A stretch of 64,000 bases of DNA from Adineta vaga (taxonomy: Eukaryota; Animalia; Rotifera), in the NCBI GenBank assembly GCA_021613535.1, contig CP075496.1:13020001-13084000 (forward strand), read 5' to 3'. Position 1 is the first letter of the stretch. Each line of letters opens with the position of its first letter. This document shows positions 63,488 through 64,000 of the stretch, in pieces. A model generated the notes under the pieces. It saw only the letters and a list, made by a program, of their open reading frames with translations. It was not told the DNA's origin and did not search any database. Made by a program: the position numbers and the translations under genes.

Positions 63488-64000
63488 ATGGTTATTTTTC
63501 CTATGAAGAAACTCCGTCATTTAATGAGCAAGTACGAGGAAAATTTAACATTTTTATTCTCTTCTAAATTCAAATTTTGATTTATTCATAGTATTCGATT
63601 GATAATCAACCGAAAGAAGATGTTATTACATTAGAAAAACTTCTTCAGTAAGATTTCAATATTGATTTACTAAACTTTATTATTATCTATAATAGAAAAC
63701 GTGAATATGAATTAGAACAATTACGTGAACAACTTAATCAACATCAACAACAAGCTGAGGAAAAACTTCAACGAACAATTGATCAAGTAAGATTCTATCG
63801 AAAAATCTTGTTGAAGAAAAACAATCATAACTTTTTCTTAGGTTAATCATTTTGAACAAAAACTATCTATTGTTGAAAATGATCGTACGAACCTTCGTCA
63901 ACAATTACAATTATTACAAGATGAAAATGATCTGATTAAATCCTATATGAATCGTTTACCATCGGAAATTGAATATGAAAAACTTCAACAATCACATCGA
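63488..64000 (+). CDS. Coiled-coil protein, 5' part (runs off the right edge); weak CEP85-like resemblance
   Basis: Four in-frame exons: MVIFPMKKLRHLMSK..KREYELEQLREQL..IKSYMNRLPSEIEYEKLQQ. Confidence 0.6.

Noticed and set aside
1-64000. Prokaryotic systems (CRISPR arrays, operons, defence islands), tRNA/rRNA genes, alternative genetic code
   Set aside because: No repeat-spacer arrays or tRNA/rRNA motifs seen; apparent in-frame stops are explained by spliceosomal introns under the standard code.

Overview
AT-rich, gene-dense eukaryotic (animal) genomic DNA with many ~45-70 nt GT-AG introns, so the ORF track fragments or misses most genes; I rebuilt gene models by hand from splice sites. The composition, tiny introns, metazoan gene set and an intronless bacterial-type gene best fit a bdelloid rotifer (inference). 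Conserved genes: CFAP47 (minus strand, runs off the left edge), BNIP3/NIX-like, RASSF-like, a Kelch protein, a long coiled-coil protein, eIF4B, an ELAV-family 3xRRM protein, UBE2Z, PPM1G, an NR2E dissatisfaction-like nuclear receptor, UMPS and NIPP1/PPP1R8. The most notable item is a 1.5 kb CFAP47 intron holding a head-to-head pair of intronless secreted Cys-rich peptide genes: an antistasin-type protease inhibitor and a cationic knottin-like precursor, with an X-box-like palindrome at the midpoint of their shared promoter. Other notable items: an intronless secreted GIN-domain (DUF2807) gene that is a horizontal-transfer candidate; a stand-alone TDP-43-NTD-like gene divergent from a TRIM-like RING/B-box/coiled-coil protein with a C-terminal ubiquitin-like domain; a protamine/Dsup-like basic protein; a MAM-like receptor with an ITIM-like tail; a DxNxDG-repeat microprotein; and an intronless BTB-TLDc gene. 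All family assignments are from motif recognition, not database searches.
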